A stretch of DNA of 64,000 nt from contig OX597814.1 in the NCBI GenBank assembly GCA_951406725.2, positions 29,698,001-29,762,000 of the forward strand. Direction: 5' to 3'. The stretch comes from Octopus vulgaris. Its lineage: Eukaryota. The notes under the pieces are model-generated. The model was not told the DNA's origin. It did not search any database and worked only from the letters and a program-made list of their open reading frames with translations. This document shows positions 13,651 through 25,700 of this stretch, piece after piece. The position numbers were made by a program, and so were the translations under genes. How positions within the stretch are numbered: position 1 is the first letter of the stretch; every line of letters begins with the position of its first letter.

Positions 13651-14339
13651 TCATGTGATATCTAAAGCACTTGGGCCAGTGCCATGTAAAAAGCACTCAG
13701 TACACTCTGTAAAGTGGTTGGTGTTAGGAAGGGCATCCAGCCATAGAAACCATGCCACAACAGACAATCAGAGCCTGGAGAGCTCCCTGGCTGGCCAGCT
13801 CCTCTCAAACTGTCCAACCCATGCCAGCATGAAAAACAGATGTTAAACGATGATAAATTCCCATTTGACTCAACCCTTGCTCTTGAAAACTATATCACTC
13901 TAAAACTCACCGTTTAACCCTTTTGTTACCATATTTCTGTTGAATACAATGCCTTTGTTTTAATTAATTTTGAAAAATTATGTAAAAGAGAAAAAAACTT
14001 AAGTATAAATGATAAATCCAGTGTTTAGAAAATAACATGATTTTTTTTACAGGTTATAATTTAGACATTTTAACCTTTTAGCATTCAGATTACCCTGTCA
14101 AAAGTAATGCTTATTTATTCACAATGTTTTGAATTAATTCTGCATTATCTTGAAGCTTCAAGAGGCTGGATCTGGTCAATTTTAAACATAAAACAGAATA
14201 TTTTGGCTGGATATGGCCAGTTTAAATGCTAATGAGTTAAATCAAGAACTTTGCATCATAGAACTAAGAGTGGTCTCCGGTGGGTTGGCATCAAAAGAGT
14301 TAAATTCACTGGTCAAATATTAACACAGAAACTAAATAT

Positions 14340-16545
14340 TAACCGGGTAGTTTCAACTTTTGGTGGGGAGGAAAATTACAAGATTTTTTTCATAAATATC
14401 ATATATAGATTCAGAACATCAATTTCTGCTACTATAATTATTTACAAAGATTTACTTAAAAAATGTCTCAAAATCATTGCATTAGTCATATTAATAAAAT
14501 CCACTCTTAAAGTGAAACTTTCTTGTATATTAACAAATTGAAAAGAAAAAAAAAAGAATTACATAATTTTAATAACAGTTTATCATATCAATGGTTTATT
14601 TTTTCTCAAGTTTAGTATCAGAAATTCCTATTTCAAAATGTATAAATGTTTTGAAAAATTTCTTGTGTATTATTAGCAAATTGAACAAATAATTATATCA
14701 TTTCAACAGCAGTTTATCAAATCAGTTTTTTTCCCCCAGAAGTTTAAAAAGTACCAGAGGTTTCTAAATTTCATAATATATAAAAATTTTTGATGGGGAG
14801 AACAATGATTAGGACAAATTTTATTTTATATATTTTCAAACATTCTATTTTGGTACCTTATCAAAATGCATTTTAATTTATTCATATTGTTCCTTTGATA
14901 AGAACAACAGGTCCATCAAATTACATATATATTTCTAAAAAGATGTAGATGAGGAAAAGAGAGTAGACTAGTAAATTTTATTAAATTTTAAGAGCTGGCA
15001 TTAGGCATGATTTAGTTAAAAACAGATGTAAGAAAGAAGGCAGTAAAACGGAAGGCAACAACTGTTAAGAAATTAAGGGGAAAATCCACCTAGTCATTAT
15101 TTGGGATATAAGATATGATATACATATGATCCCAAATAAGAAGACCAACAAATAACAGACTAGAAGGCTTAACTAAACCTATTTGATAATAGTACATTTC
15201 TTTTCCAATATTTTTTATCTCAAACTTGAGCTTCTCTCTATAATAATAATAATAATAATGTTACTGGCATTGAACACAACATGCAACAAGTGTGTAACAG
15301 AACTAAGAACAACACAAGGAAACAAAACACCTCACATATACACGCTTTTATACATATTAATCAAGCATATAGCAGTAAATTAGAGAAAAAAACCCCAATA
15401 TTAATAGATTAAAGTGCATTTATTAAGAAATAAGCTAGTGAGCTGCTAATTAAAAAAAAAAAAAAAAGGTTTTGTTTAGAGGCTGTTGGAAGGTGAATAT
15501 CCAGTGTAATTTCATGTGTGGAATTACTGAGTTCTTGGTCTAGGCATGGTCTTATATACTCAACAAATGGAAAATGATTTGGAGAAAGGTAGTTCAACAG
15601 AAATGTCTAGAAATTACAAATGAATGTGTACAGTTATAATCATAGAATAAGTTATAATTAAAAGATGAAATATTTATCTTCGTAGTAGGTATCTATGGCA
15701 GCAGCAGCAGCAGCTTTACAGTCACTTCAAAAACTATTAACTTAAGTTCCATCAACTCCCATTTTTACTTGTGACTGGAGCATGATATTTTCTTTCTTGC
15801 TTTCTCTTTCTCTCACTTGTGCTCTCTTGCGCTCACCTTTTATTTAAAGAAACCAAACTAAATTTAGAATTTGATAGTTGACTTTTGGCAAACTACTTCA
15901 GCATTTTATTTCGTTATTTCCAATGCAACTGATGAAAAGCAACATGATGTCCAGCTACTGGTGGCAGCAGCAGATCAGAAATAATTTATTAGCTTTATGT
16001 CAGAATAAAAGCAGTGTTGGTTGGGAAAAAAAAAATGTAATGTAATGTAAAAACCTTTTAATTGCGTGCAGTGATGGAAAGAAATTTGGCAGTCAATTCA
16101 AAAGGTTTGGTACAAACATCAAAACCAGCAAAGAGAGAACAATAGTCAGCCAGCATACTATGAATAGTAAAGTCAAAAAAATACTGTTTTTGGGGAGAGG
16201 GTTTTTGTTTTTATTTCCGCGGAAGCATGTCGCTCCACCCACTTTCCAAAAACAAATATATATACAGGCTTAAATGATATAGATTTTGGTTGTAATTGTT
16301 TGATCCATGAAAGGTTTGTGTATTTTTACAAATTTATATTCAATAAACAATATTCAATAATTAACAAGTCATCAAGTAAAAAAATAGCCATTTTATACAA
16401 TAAAACCATTATTGGTTTTTCTAAATTTCAATGCATTATAAGGAATTACGATGATTGCAAATGGACACAAACGGTAAGGAAGCAAGTTCTTCCTCACTAA
16501 AACCAAGCATAACCACTCTCTAGAAATAAAGATTAATATAAATAA
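14340..16545 (-). other. Probable TRAF 3' UTR
   Basis: About 2.2 kb directly after the stop with no recognisable SINE or MITE, unlike the flanks. Minus-strand AATAAA signals occur (e.g. 15419-15424). The true 3' end cannot be fixed from sequence. Confidence 0.45.
14520..14792. repeat. Diverged ~140-bp tandem duplication
   Basis: Two units both starting tcttgt.tatt...caaattgaa, with cagtttatca and gta.caga in register. Confidence 0.65.
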
Positions 16546-17280
16546 TTAAGGGGTAAAGTTGACTGGCATTCGTTCTAGTCCTGTAGTATCAACAACTACT
16601 TTGAAGAAAGCTGTATTACTTTTCACATATGTATTTGGAGAGTTAAGCTTATCGAGTGACAGGAACAAAGGACAGCCACTTGCAATATTCATCTTGTTTT
16701 CTGGACGTTGAAATGAAGTACTTTTAGCATCAGGTCGGAAGCTGTCAATAACATGCTTTGTTCCTGATTGATCCAGCATCATTAATGAAACCTTTTGTTG
16801 AAAAGGCCACGCCAGAAGTGCATCATATGAGCCTCGCATGACAACAAAAAAAAGTGATATATATTTTCCTTTCCCCATGCCATCGCCATTTAGGTAGAGT
16901 CTAAGACACATCTTGTAACCGTACTTGCTAGTGTAGAATGGGGTTGAATATAAACTAGGACATGTTCCTTTTACTGCATCTTTACGCCGTTTTTCAAAGT
17001 CGTCTAATTTCCAAATAAATGTTCCATCATAACTAGGAATGTTTTCAAGTAGTGGTTCTTTCAAAGAGAGAAGTGGTTGAATTGTGCTAGTTAATTTTTT
17101 TAAATCAGACTGGAAAACTCCAACTAATTTGTCAATTTTAAGAAAATTCTTTTCAAATTTTTGACACCCCATTTCACTGTTTCCAGAATTATTCTTGCAT
17201 TTTTCTATATTCTTTTTTAAAATCAACATGTGTTCTTCAAGCTGTTCAAGAAGATGGTTTGATACTAATTTTGAGGAAAT
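16546..17280 (-). CDS. TRAF2: TRAF2-like terminal exon (end of last zinc finger, coiled coil, MATH domain, stop)
   Basis: Acceptor tttttcatttttacacag|ATT. ISSKLVSNHLLEQLEEH runs into the 227-aa ORF with YDGTFIWKL, GYKMCLRLYLNGDGMGKG, WPFQQKV and MNIASGCPLF. TAA at 16548-16546. Confidence 0.95.
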   Translation of the reverse strand: MSSKLVSNHLLEQLEEHMLILKKNIEKCKNNSGNSEMGCQKFEKNFLKIDKLVGVFQSDLKKLTSTIQPLLSLKEPLLENIPSYDGTFIWKLDDFEKRRKDAVKGTCPSLYSTPFYTSKYGYKMCLRLYLNGDGMGKGKYISLFFVVMRGSYDALLAWPFQQKVSLMMLDQSGTKHVIDSFRPDAKSTSFQRPENKMNIASGCPLFLSLDKLNSPNTYVKSNTAFFKVVVDTTGLERMPVNFTP

Positions 17281-17558
17281 CTGTGTAAAAATGAAAAAGA
17301 TACAAATAGTATAAAAGGTATGGTAATGTATTAATATAACTTCAAAACAGAAACAGAATTAAACATTAGAAATATTTTATGTGTTAATCAAATCACAAGA
17401 AGAATTGGCTGTGTGGTAAGTAGCTTGCTTACCAACCACATGGTTCCGGGTTCAGTCCCACTGCGTGGCACCTTGCGCAAGTGTCTTCTACTATAGCCTC
17501 GGGCCGACCAAAGCCTTGTGAGTGGATTTGGTAGATAGAAACTGAAAAAAGCCCGTTG

Positions 17559-17611
<53 letters not shown>

Positions 17612-19718
17612 CTGTCTGTGTTTGTTCCCACCAACATCGCTTGACAACCGATGCTGGTGTGTTTACGTCCCCATAACTTACCGGTTCAGCAAAAGAGAGC
17701 GATAGAATAAGTACTAGGCTTACAAAGAATAAGTCCTGGGGTCGATTTGCTTGACTAAAGGCGGTGCTCCAGCATGGCCGCAGTCAAATGATTGAAACAA
17801 GTAAAAGAGAGTAAAGAGAGTTGTTTTGTTTCATGAATAAAATAATTGTTTAATAGAACTAAATGGTTTTCTGTCAATTTCAACAATGAGTATTTCTCAG
17901 TTGTTTGATCAACACAACCCTCTATTCACTGAATTACAGCACAAGTGGCTTAATATCCCTCAGACACTTATATATCTTTAATTCAATTCTTAAGCAGAAT
18001 TAATGTAATTGTGTGTGACAAGGCTTTCAAGTTCTTTTTACCCAGTTTTACTCACAAGGTTTCATATGACTTGATGCTATGGTAAAAAAAACATTTGCCC
18101 AACCAATATGCCATGCAATAGGAATGCACCTGTGTTCTCATGATTGTAAAATTCTAAAACCACTTGATCATGACTACATCTATATACATATATTCACTGG
18201 CCCAAGATGTCACATAGTGGTACTGAACCCAGGACCTCACAATTATTGCAAAGCAATTTTTTTTTACTCATTCAGCTGTACTTGCATCAGTAAAATAAGG
18301 TCGCAATAATATAGGATATGTGATGTCAAAGGTTTATTTTATAAGTGATACTTTAAGAAAACATTTAAGTGTCAAATTAATGTAAACACATTTCTATATG
18401 CACGCATCTATACACAAACACTTATGTCTGCAGAATGTAAGCATCGCTTATTACTAAAACTATTTTGCTCTAATTCAGTTTTTTTACCTCTTCAGTTTAT
18501 ATATAAAAAAGTTTTGAAATAAAATAATTGCAATGTAAATTAAAGTATGAATCCCTTGATCTCAATGTTGCATCAAGCTTTCATACATTTTAAATCAAGC
18601 AGCAGATTCATTTAAGAATTAAAAATTTATTAAGGACACAGCCTTCTTTGATAAATAAAACTGAAAGTACAATGGAATATAAAAGAGGAGCTGCAGATCC
18701 TCACTCATCATCATCATCATCATCATCGTTTAGCGTCCGTTTTCCATGCTAGCATGGGTTGGACGGTTCTACTGGGGTCTGTGAAGCCAGAAGGCTTCAT
18801 CAGGCCCAGTCGAATCTGGCAGTGTTTCTACGGCTGGATGCCCTTCCTAACGCCAACCACTCCGAGAGTGTAGTGGGTGCTTTTTACGTGCCACCTGCAG
18901 CTGGCAAACGGCCACGAACGGATGGTGCTTTTTATGTGCCACCGGCACGAGGGCCAGGCGAGGCTGGCAATGGACACGAAACGGGGCGGTGCTGGCAACG
19001 GTCGCAAAACGGAAGGTTCTCTTACATGCCACTGGCACTGGTAACACATCTGCAATTTCCATTGATCGATTTCGATTCTGATCCTCACTACTTGATTTAA
19101 ATTCACTCATTTGAAGTAATGAGGAAAAAGAAAAAAATTCATTATGATAGTAATGAAGAATTTCTTCTCTTCTATTTTTGACCCAAAATATCTGGAACAA
19201 TATGAAAACTAATGAACAAATGTGCTTGCAGTGGCAAATATAAACCATGTCGAATTGTAAATCACACAATTTCTATAGGTATACAACAGACAGAGTTTTG
19301 ACATCCGAATCGTGGCCGAAGCCAGTGCTGCCTCGACTGGCTTCCGTGCCGGTGGCACGTAAAATGCACCAATCCGACCGTGGCCAATGCCAGCCTCGTC
19401 TGGCACCTGTACAGGTGGCATGTAAAAGAGCACCCACTACACTCACGGAGTGGTTGGCGTTAGGAAGGGCATCCAGCTGTAGAAACATTGCCAGATAAGA
19501 CTGGAGTCTGGTGCAGCCTTCTGGCTTCCCAGATCCCCGGTCGAACCGTCCAACCCATGCTAGCATGGAGAACGGACGTTAAACGATGATGGTGATGATG
19601 TACATGTTTGGTGTTTTACTTCAATAAGTTAATGTGTAATTAATAAAAGGAAGAAAAAAAATATTCACAACAAGGATTAAATAAATTGAAGGCTCTCTTT
19701 TGTTCCTTCAATTTATAT

Positions 19719-19762
<44 letters not shown>

Positions 19763-22700
19763 GAAGGAAAACTTGTAGTTTGCTTGAAGCATTGTGATAC
19801 AGAGGTAAAATAACAAAATAAGGAAGACAGACAGTGTCTTACAATGCTAAAAGGAAAAGTTTAGTAACTTTTATATATTTTAGGCACAAAGGCCCATTAT
19901 CAGAAATGAATGGAGTTAAGAAAGCCTGAAATACATAAAGGTTACTAAACTTTCTCTTTTTGCATTGTAAGAAGCTCTCCATCTTCATTATTTTATTATT
20001 CAACTTACACATCTCAGATTGTTAATAAGTACATTGTTTTGTCAAATGGTAGGTATTATATTGGGTTCGTCCCACCTCTCCAAGCTGCCCTTGTGGCAAA
20101 AATTTGAAATAAATTATATTGGGTTGGTGCATAATTAACAACTTATATTTTATTTTGGTGTTTTATTTTTGAATAAATTTAGAATAAAAAAAAGGAGTCA
20201 TTAGTTATGCACTAACCCAATATTTTAAAGAAAATGTCTCCCAAAAATCTTTTTGACAAAAGAAGATGAGTTAAACAATTATCAATTTAAATATCATGCT
20301 TTACAAATCTATATCATATAAGTGGAAATATTACTTAAATATATTTATGATACACAATACAAGACGTAAAAATTTCATTTCATGTTACATGTCCTCATGC
20401 ATTCTGGATTTCAAAATTATACAACTTCAGAAATTATACAATAAAAATGAGAAAATTGTGCACTAGTTTGTAATTCTGTCAGAAGCCAAAGAAAGCAACT
20501 TTATCAGCAGAGTGACAGAAGAGTCAAAATAACGGTAAAAGAAAATAAAGAAAACAAACTTTGAAAATATAATTGCAACCTGTAGAGTGTGTATTTACAA
20601 TACAATCTACACTATAAAGTTAAAAAGCAGTTTGAATGCTTCATTACATTGCATGTTAATGCTAATTAAAATGATAAATCTGTGTTATATGACAATCATA
20701 AATGTAAACAATACAAACCTTTACACCGCAGTTAAGAGGACAATCAACAGGATAGGGGCAATCTTTCTTATGGTTCTCCATCTAGTAAATACGTAAAATG
20801 AAGTTAAAGTTAATGACAGCTATGCATCATAATTAAATAACACATACAATATTGTTGCTCTTCCAATTCTGTCATGTTACTAAAATGCCAAGATAATATA
20901 TTCATTTTTTTAATCACATTAATTTTAAGCCAGATTCATTTTTCACACATACATTTCCATATTTGCAAGGGGTAGATATTTTTTAAAGATCATTCTTCAT
21001 AACGAATCATAGATTTTGAAAGTTAAATACCTTCGTTAATTTTAAATTAACAACTGCACATAAAAGACAATATAATGTTGTTCATGATCCGAAAATTAGA
21101 AGTGTAAGAATAGCCTCAACTCTTTGTTGCATTATATCTTTATGAATTTAATATTCTATTTAATAGAATCATATGCTAATTTTTCTACTCTATGTTAGGA
21201 GACATAAAAACCACACCCACCACCTTGACGCAAGTATGACTTGGTAGCATGTATAAATAATTTTTTAAGTACTTATTTGGACTTGAGTAGACTGAGAATT
21301 TTGTCCTCTCACTTTTGACCCAGTTGGACATCAAGGATATGATGGTTGGAGAAGGCTGCATAGTACTTAGCTGGTACTTATTTTTAACTGAGTGACATGA
21401 AGTACCACCAGGCTCTCGAAATGAATCCACAACCTTATGACAGTAACACTATATCCACAATGCCATATGCCTAGAGTATATCCAAAAGTTGGGTTAATTT
21501 TAGACTACAATCTTATTTTATAAACCGACAGTAAATCCAAAAGAATCACTGATTTAGAGATTTTTTAAGGTTTATACATTTGCATTAATAAGAAAATTAT
21601 TTGTTATGAATTTCATTTTGACCTCTCCCTAGGATACATAACTATCTCTTTATGTACATATTCAATATATCTAAAACCTGCATAAGTCCAATGCAATACT
21701 TTTTAAAATAATCTTCAAATTCTAATGTGATCATGCAATACGTTTAATGAACCTAGGCAAATATTTCATAAAAATATGAGCTCTTTCTTATACATAAATT
21801 TAGCAATATTTATACTATAACAGAGTAAAACTGAATATAAAAGGGAGGAATAGTCAATGCAGAATGAAATAACAGAGTGGAATAATGAAGAAATTAAACA
21901 TTAACCCTTTCGTTACTGTATTTATTTTGAGATGCCCTGTTTCTTTCGATTAATTTTAAATATGACAAAGAAGTTAGTAAAATAACTTAGTTATCATTCA
22001 GCTAGTGTTAGGAACATAAACTGTGACTAAGGTTTGGTGGAAGATTTTAATTCAAAACTTATGAAAACAAGACATTTGTACTACAGAGCCGGTTTCAGCC
22101 GGGTTGGTAACGAAAGGGTTAAGAATTGAACCTGGTAAACATAATATGCAAATAAATATGAAATTTTGTTAAGTTGTGTGACTGAAAACATTATGTTACA
22201 ATTATGATTTCCCTTGGAATTAAGAAGAACGATGGCCAACTGTCTGCGAAACAAAGTAGTGACAACATGGCAATGGAGACAATGATATGAAAATCCAGAC
22301 AAGTTTATGGGAAGCAAGCTGTGTTATGTAACTTGCACCAGCTTTGTGTAAGTATTATCAATTTAAATGAAAACTATTTCCAGATTTTCTACAATCTGAA
22401 TCAAATCACACTAGCTTGTATGAATTGAACTCAGACAGCAAACTGTTTAGTATAAAGTTATCTAGTTTGATATTTGACAACAACAGGGATTAAACTGAAT
22501 TGAAACAAGTTAAAAAAATAAAAAAATTCATTGCACCATCACAATTTTCTTTACTTTACTTACTTCACACATAGGAATCTTCCCTTCGAAACATCTATCG
22601 CATACTTCTGGTCTCCACTCACAGTTTCTGCTGTGCTGCTGCTACAAGAACAAAAGCCATGCAAATAAGTAAATAATACTTCACATCTATTCAGATCTGA

Positions 22701-25700
22701 AACAAAAGTTTTTAACCAAAAAAAAAAAAAAAAAAAAACAACCAAAAAACATTGTATGTTGCAACAATCTGTGAATTGTTCCATAATACTTTAGCATCTA
22801 TATCCCCATGTGTGGGATTTAATGGAAAGGACTAAGACCACTCAATACATGAAAGCAACAACACACAGCATAAAGAAAGCTTTGTTCTATAAATAAATAA
22901 ATTTTTTTAAAAATGCAACATAATGACCAACCTTCTACATTTTAAAATCATGCGTATAAACTCTATCTTAAAATATTTACAAATAAAGCAACTTTAAGGG
23001 GTTTATTTTGAACATCATCTTCCTATCATGTTCATTTTTTCCAATGTTGGTATGGGTTGGATAAGTCACGCAGTGTCTTGTCACTTGTTCACTATCTTTG
23101 TTATTTGGCATGCGCAGCTACAAAGAAAACCCAGCTTTCTTTGTTACTGTGCTAATATTTCTGCATGGTAAGGTGGCAAGCTGGCAGAAACGTTAGCATG
23201 CCGGGCGAAATGCTCAGCAGTATTTTGTCTGTCTTTACGTTCTGAGTTCAAATTCCACCGAGGTCAACTTTCATCCTTTCGGGATCAATAAATTAAGTAC
23301 TAGTTGCGTACTGGGGTCGATGTAATCGACTGGCCCCCTGCCCCCCAAATTTTGGGCCTTGTGCCTAGAGTAGAAAAGAATATTTCTGCATGGTTTTTAA
23401 GGGTGGATGTCTGTCATCCTACCAAGAATTTTATAGCAGATCAGATGCAGTTTTTGTAATCTTAACACTAGAGAGGTTGTCTCCAACAAGACTAAATGTC
23501 CCCACTGTCCTATGTCACCTTTATTCCTTCTTCTTTGGCATGGCTTTTACAGTGAGCTGGCCTTCATATCACCAAACACACCATAAAGTGTGGATTGGGT
23601 GCATTTTATTATGTCACTGGCATTAAAGAGACTGCCATTCATAGACAATGAAATATTTGGAGACTTTGCATACATTAGAATTACTATTAATAATTAAATT
23701 AATACATAAAGGCACAGGCATGGCTGTGTGGTAAGAATCTTGCTTCCCAACCACACGGTTCCAGGTTCAGTCCCATTGTGTGACACCTTGGGCAACTGTC
23801 TTTTACTTTAGCCTTGGGTCAACCAAAGCCTTGTGAATGGATTTGGTAGACAGAAACTGAAAGAAGCCCATCTGTGTTTGTTCCGTCACCACTTGACAAT
23901 TAGTGTTGGTGCGTTTACGTCCCAGTAACTCAGCGGTTCAGCAAAACAGACTAATAGAATTAGTACTAGGCTTAACCCTTTAGTATTTAAACTGGCCATA
24001 ATAGTTAATCTGTTTTATGTTCAAACTGACCAGATCCAGGCTCTCACACCTACCCTACAATGTTATTCTACATTAAGTAATTACACCATCAAGATCTTGA
24101 AGATATGAGATAATGCATGACTAATTCAAATCAATGGGAATCAATAAGCATTATGTTTGATAGAATAATCTGAACACTAAAGGGTTAAGAAATAAGTCCT
24201 GGGGTTGATTTGTTCAACTAAAACCCTTCAAGGTGGTGCTCCAGGATAGCCACAGTCAAATGACTAAAACAAGTAAAAGAATAAAAGAAAAATTAAATAG
24301 TGAAAATACGGTAATTTTTTTTTTAGGTGCATTGAGAATGTTTCCTATCAGTACAGAGAGCCACAAACATGAAAAATAAAATGGAAGGGATAGTGTAAAC
24401 ATTAGAATTAGCATAGTCAGTCATACAAGAAGACCGAAATATTTGGAAATTTTGTATATTTTAGAATTGTTAGCAATAATGAAAATATTGTTCTGATTAC
24501 AAATATTGTTCTAAGTACATCGTTCTAATTACAAATATTGGCTATAACACCGGAGTACACAAAATGGTCATCAGTGGGGTTTTAGGTTAGGTGGCCATGT
24601 GAAGACTGACTGTGCCCTGGGAGGAACATATAGAGGCTCATGAGAGGAAACTTGCCATATACCAGAGGCTGGTAGAGCAGTGCAGAAAATGGGGTTAGAA
24701 GGCATGTTGCAAGCCAACTGAGGTGGGCTGCAGGGGTTTTGTAGGTGCATTCATTCTGCAAAGCTCTGATTGGCACAGCAGAAAGGAGGGTCATAACTTC
24801 CATTGCTGAAGGTGTAGAGAAGGCCACTAATTGGCTTTAGATAAAGTGGGCAGATCAGTGCTTTGCTGCCACTGGGATGCCAGTGAGGACTTGATCAACT
24901 TCTGGTGGGTCAACTGGATGAAAGGCTCTGCCCTCTGACGTTAAAGATCTGAAACCCCCCCCGAGACTCAAGAAACACTATTGATGACATCCCAGAGATC
25001 CGTGAAATATATCTTGAAACAGATTTTGGTCAGAAATTCTATTTTGAATCTATGTAACTAATGTTTTCTGGTCAGCATTATCAATCCAATTACCAAATTT
25101 TCTTTCCCTCTGACTCAAAGACTTTAGTAATTTACTGTTTCAGAAATTATTACAACCGAAGAGAAAGTTAAGCAAGAGGGGAAAAAAAATCTCCTGCAAA
25201 GTGAGATTTTTCTTTTTTGCTTTTGTGATTGGTTGATATCTCATACCAGTTTAAGAAGTGTGAACCTGCAAATTTTGGTTTTAATTACTATTAGTCTTAT
25301 TTATCTGTGATAGAGAAGCCTAGTAAATACAGCGACGTGGTCTGACACGTAGGTCGAAAGAATCAGACCCGTAAGCTTACGGGTCGGCCCACACTGGATA
25401 GTCACGCTCTAGGTGACCGTCGCACCCCAAGGGGGTCAAGACTATATTGAGGGCTTGCAGGTGGATGTCTCCGGGATCGTTCGGCAGGATGCCCGAGACG
25501 TCAGCCTAAGAAGCCTAGAAAACAATTTATTTACCAAGTAAGTCTCCATTTGTGCTACCCTGTTCCCCACTTCTTTGATACCTTCTTATCTCTCTTGTCC
25601 TTTCTCCTATTCATAGTACCATGCTGCTCATGTAATAAGCAATATTCCTGTATTGAACCCATATCACTAACCTGATCGCCATATCTCTCTCTCTCTCATG

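Noticed and set aside
16546-17229. Stand-alone 227-aa MATH-only gene starting at the ATG at 17229
   Set aside because: The frame stays open up to a strong acceptor at 17280 and splices in phase to the upstream zinc-finger exons.
22560-22784. 74-aa minus-strand ORF over exon 4
   Set aside because: Wrong frame; the spliced exon uses another frame that encodes the zinc-finger motif.
24483-24545. Short 18-bp tandem repeat (aaatattgttct.attac)
   Set aside because: Three to four degenerate copies; ordinary slippage product.
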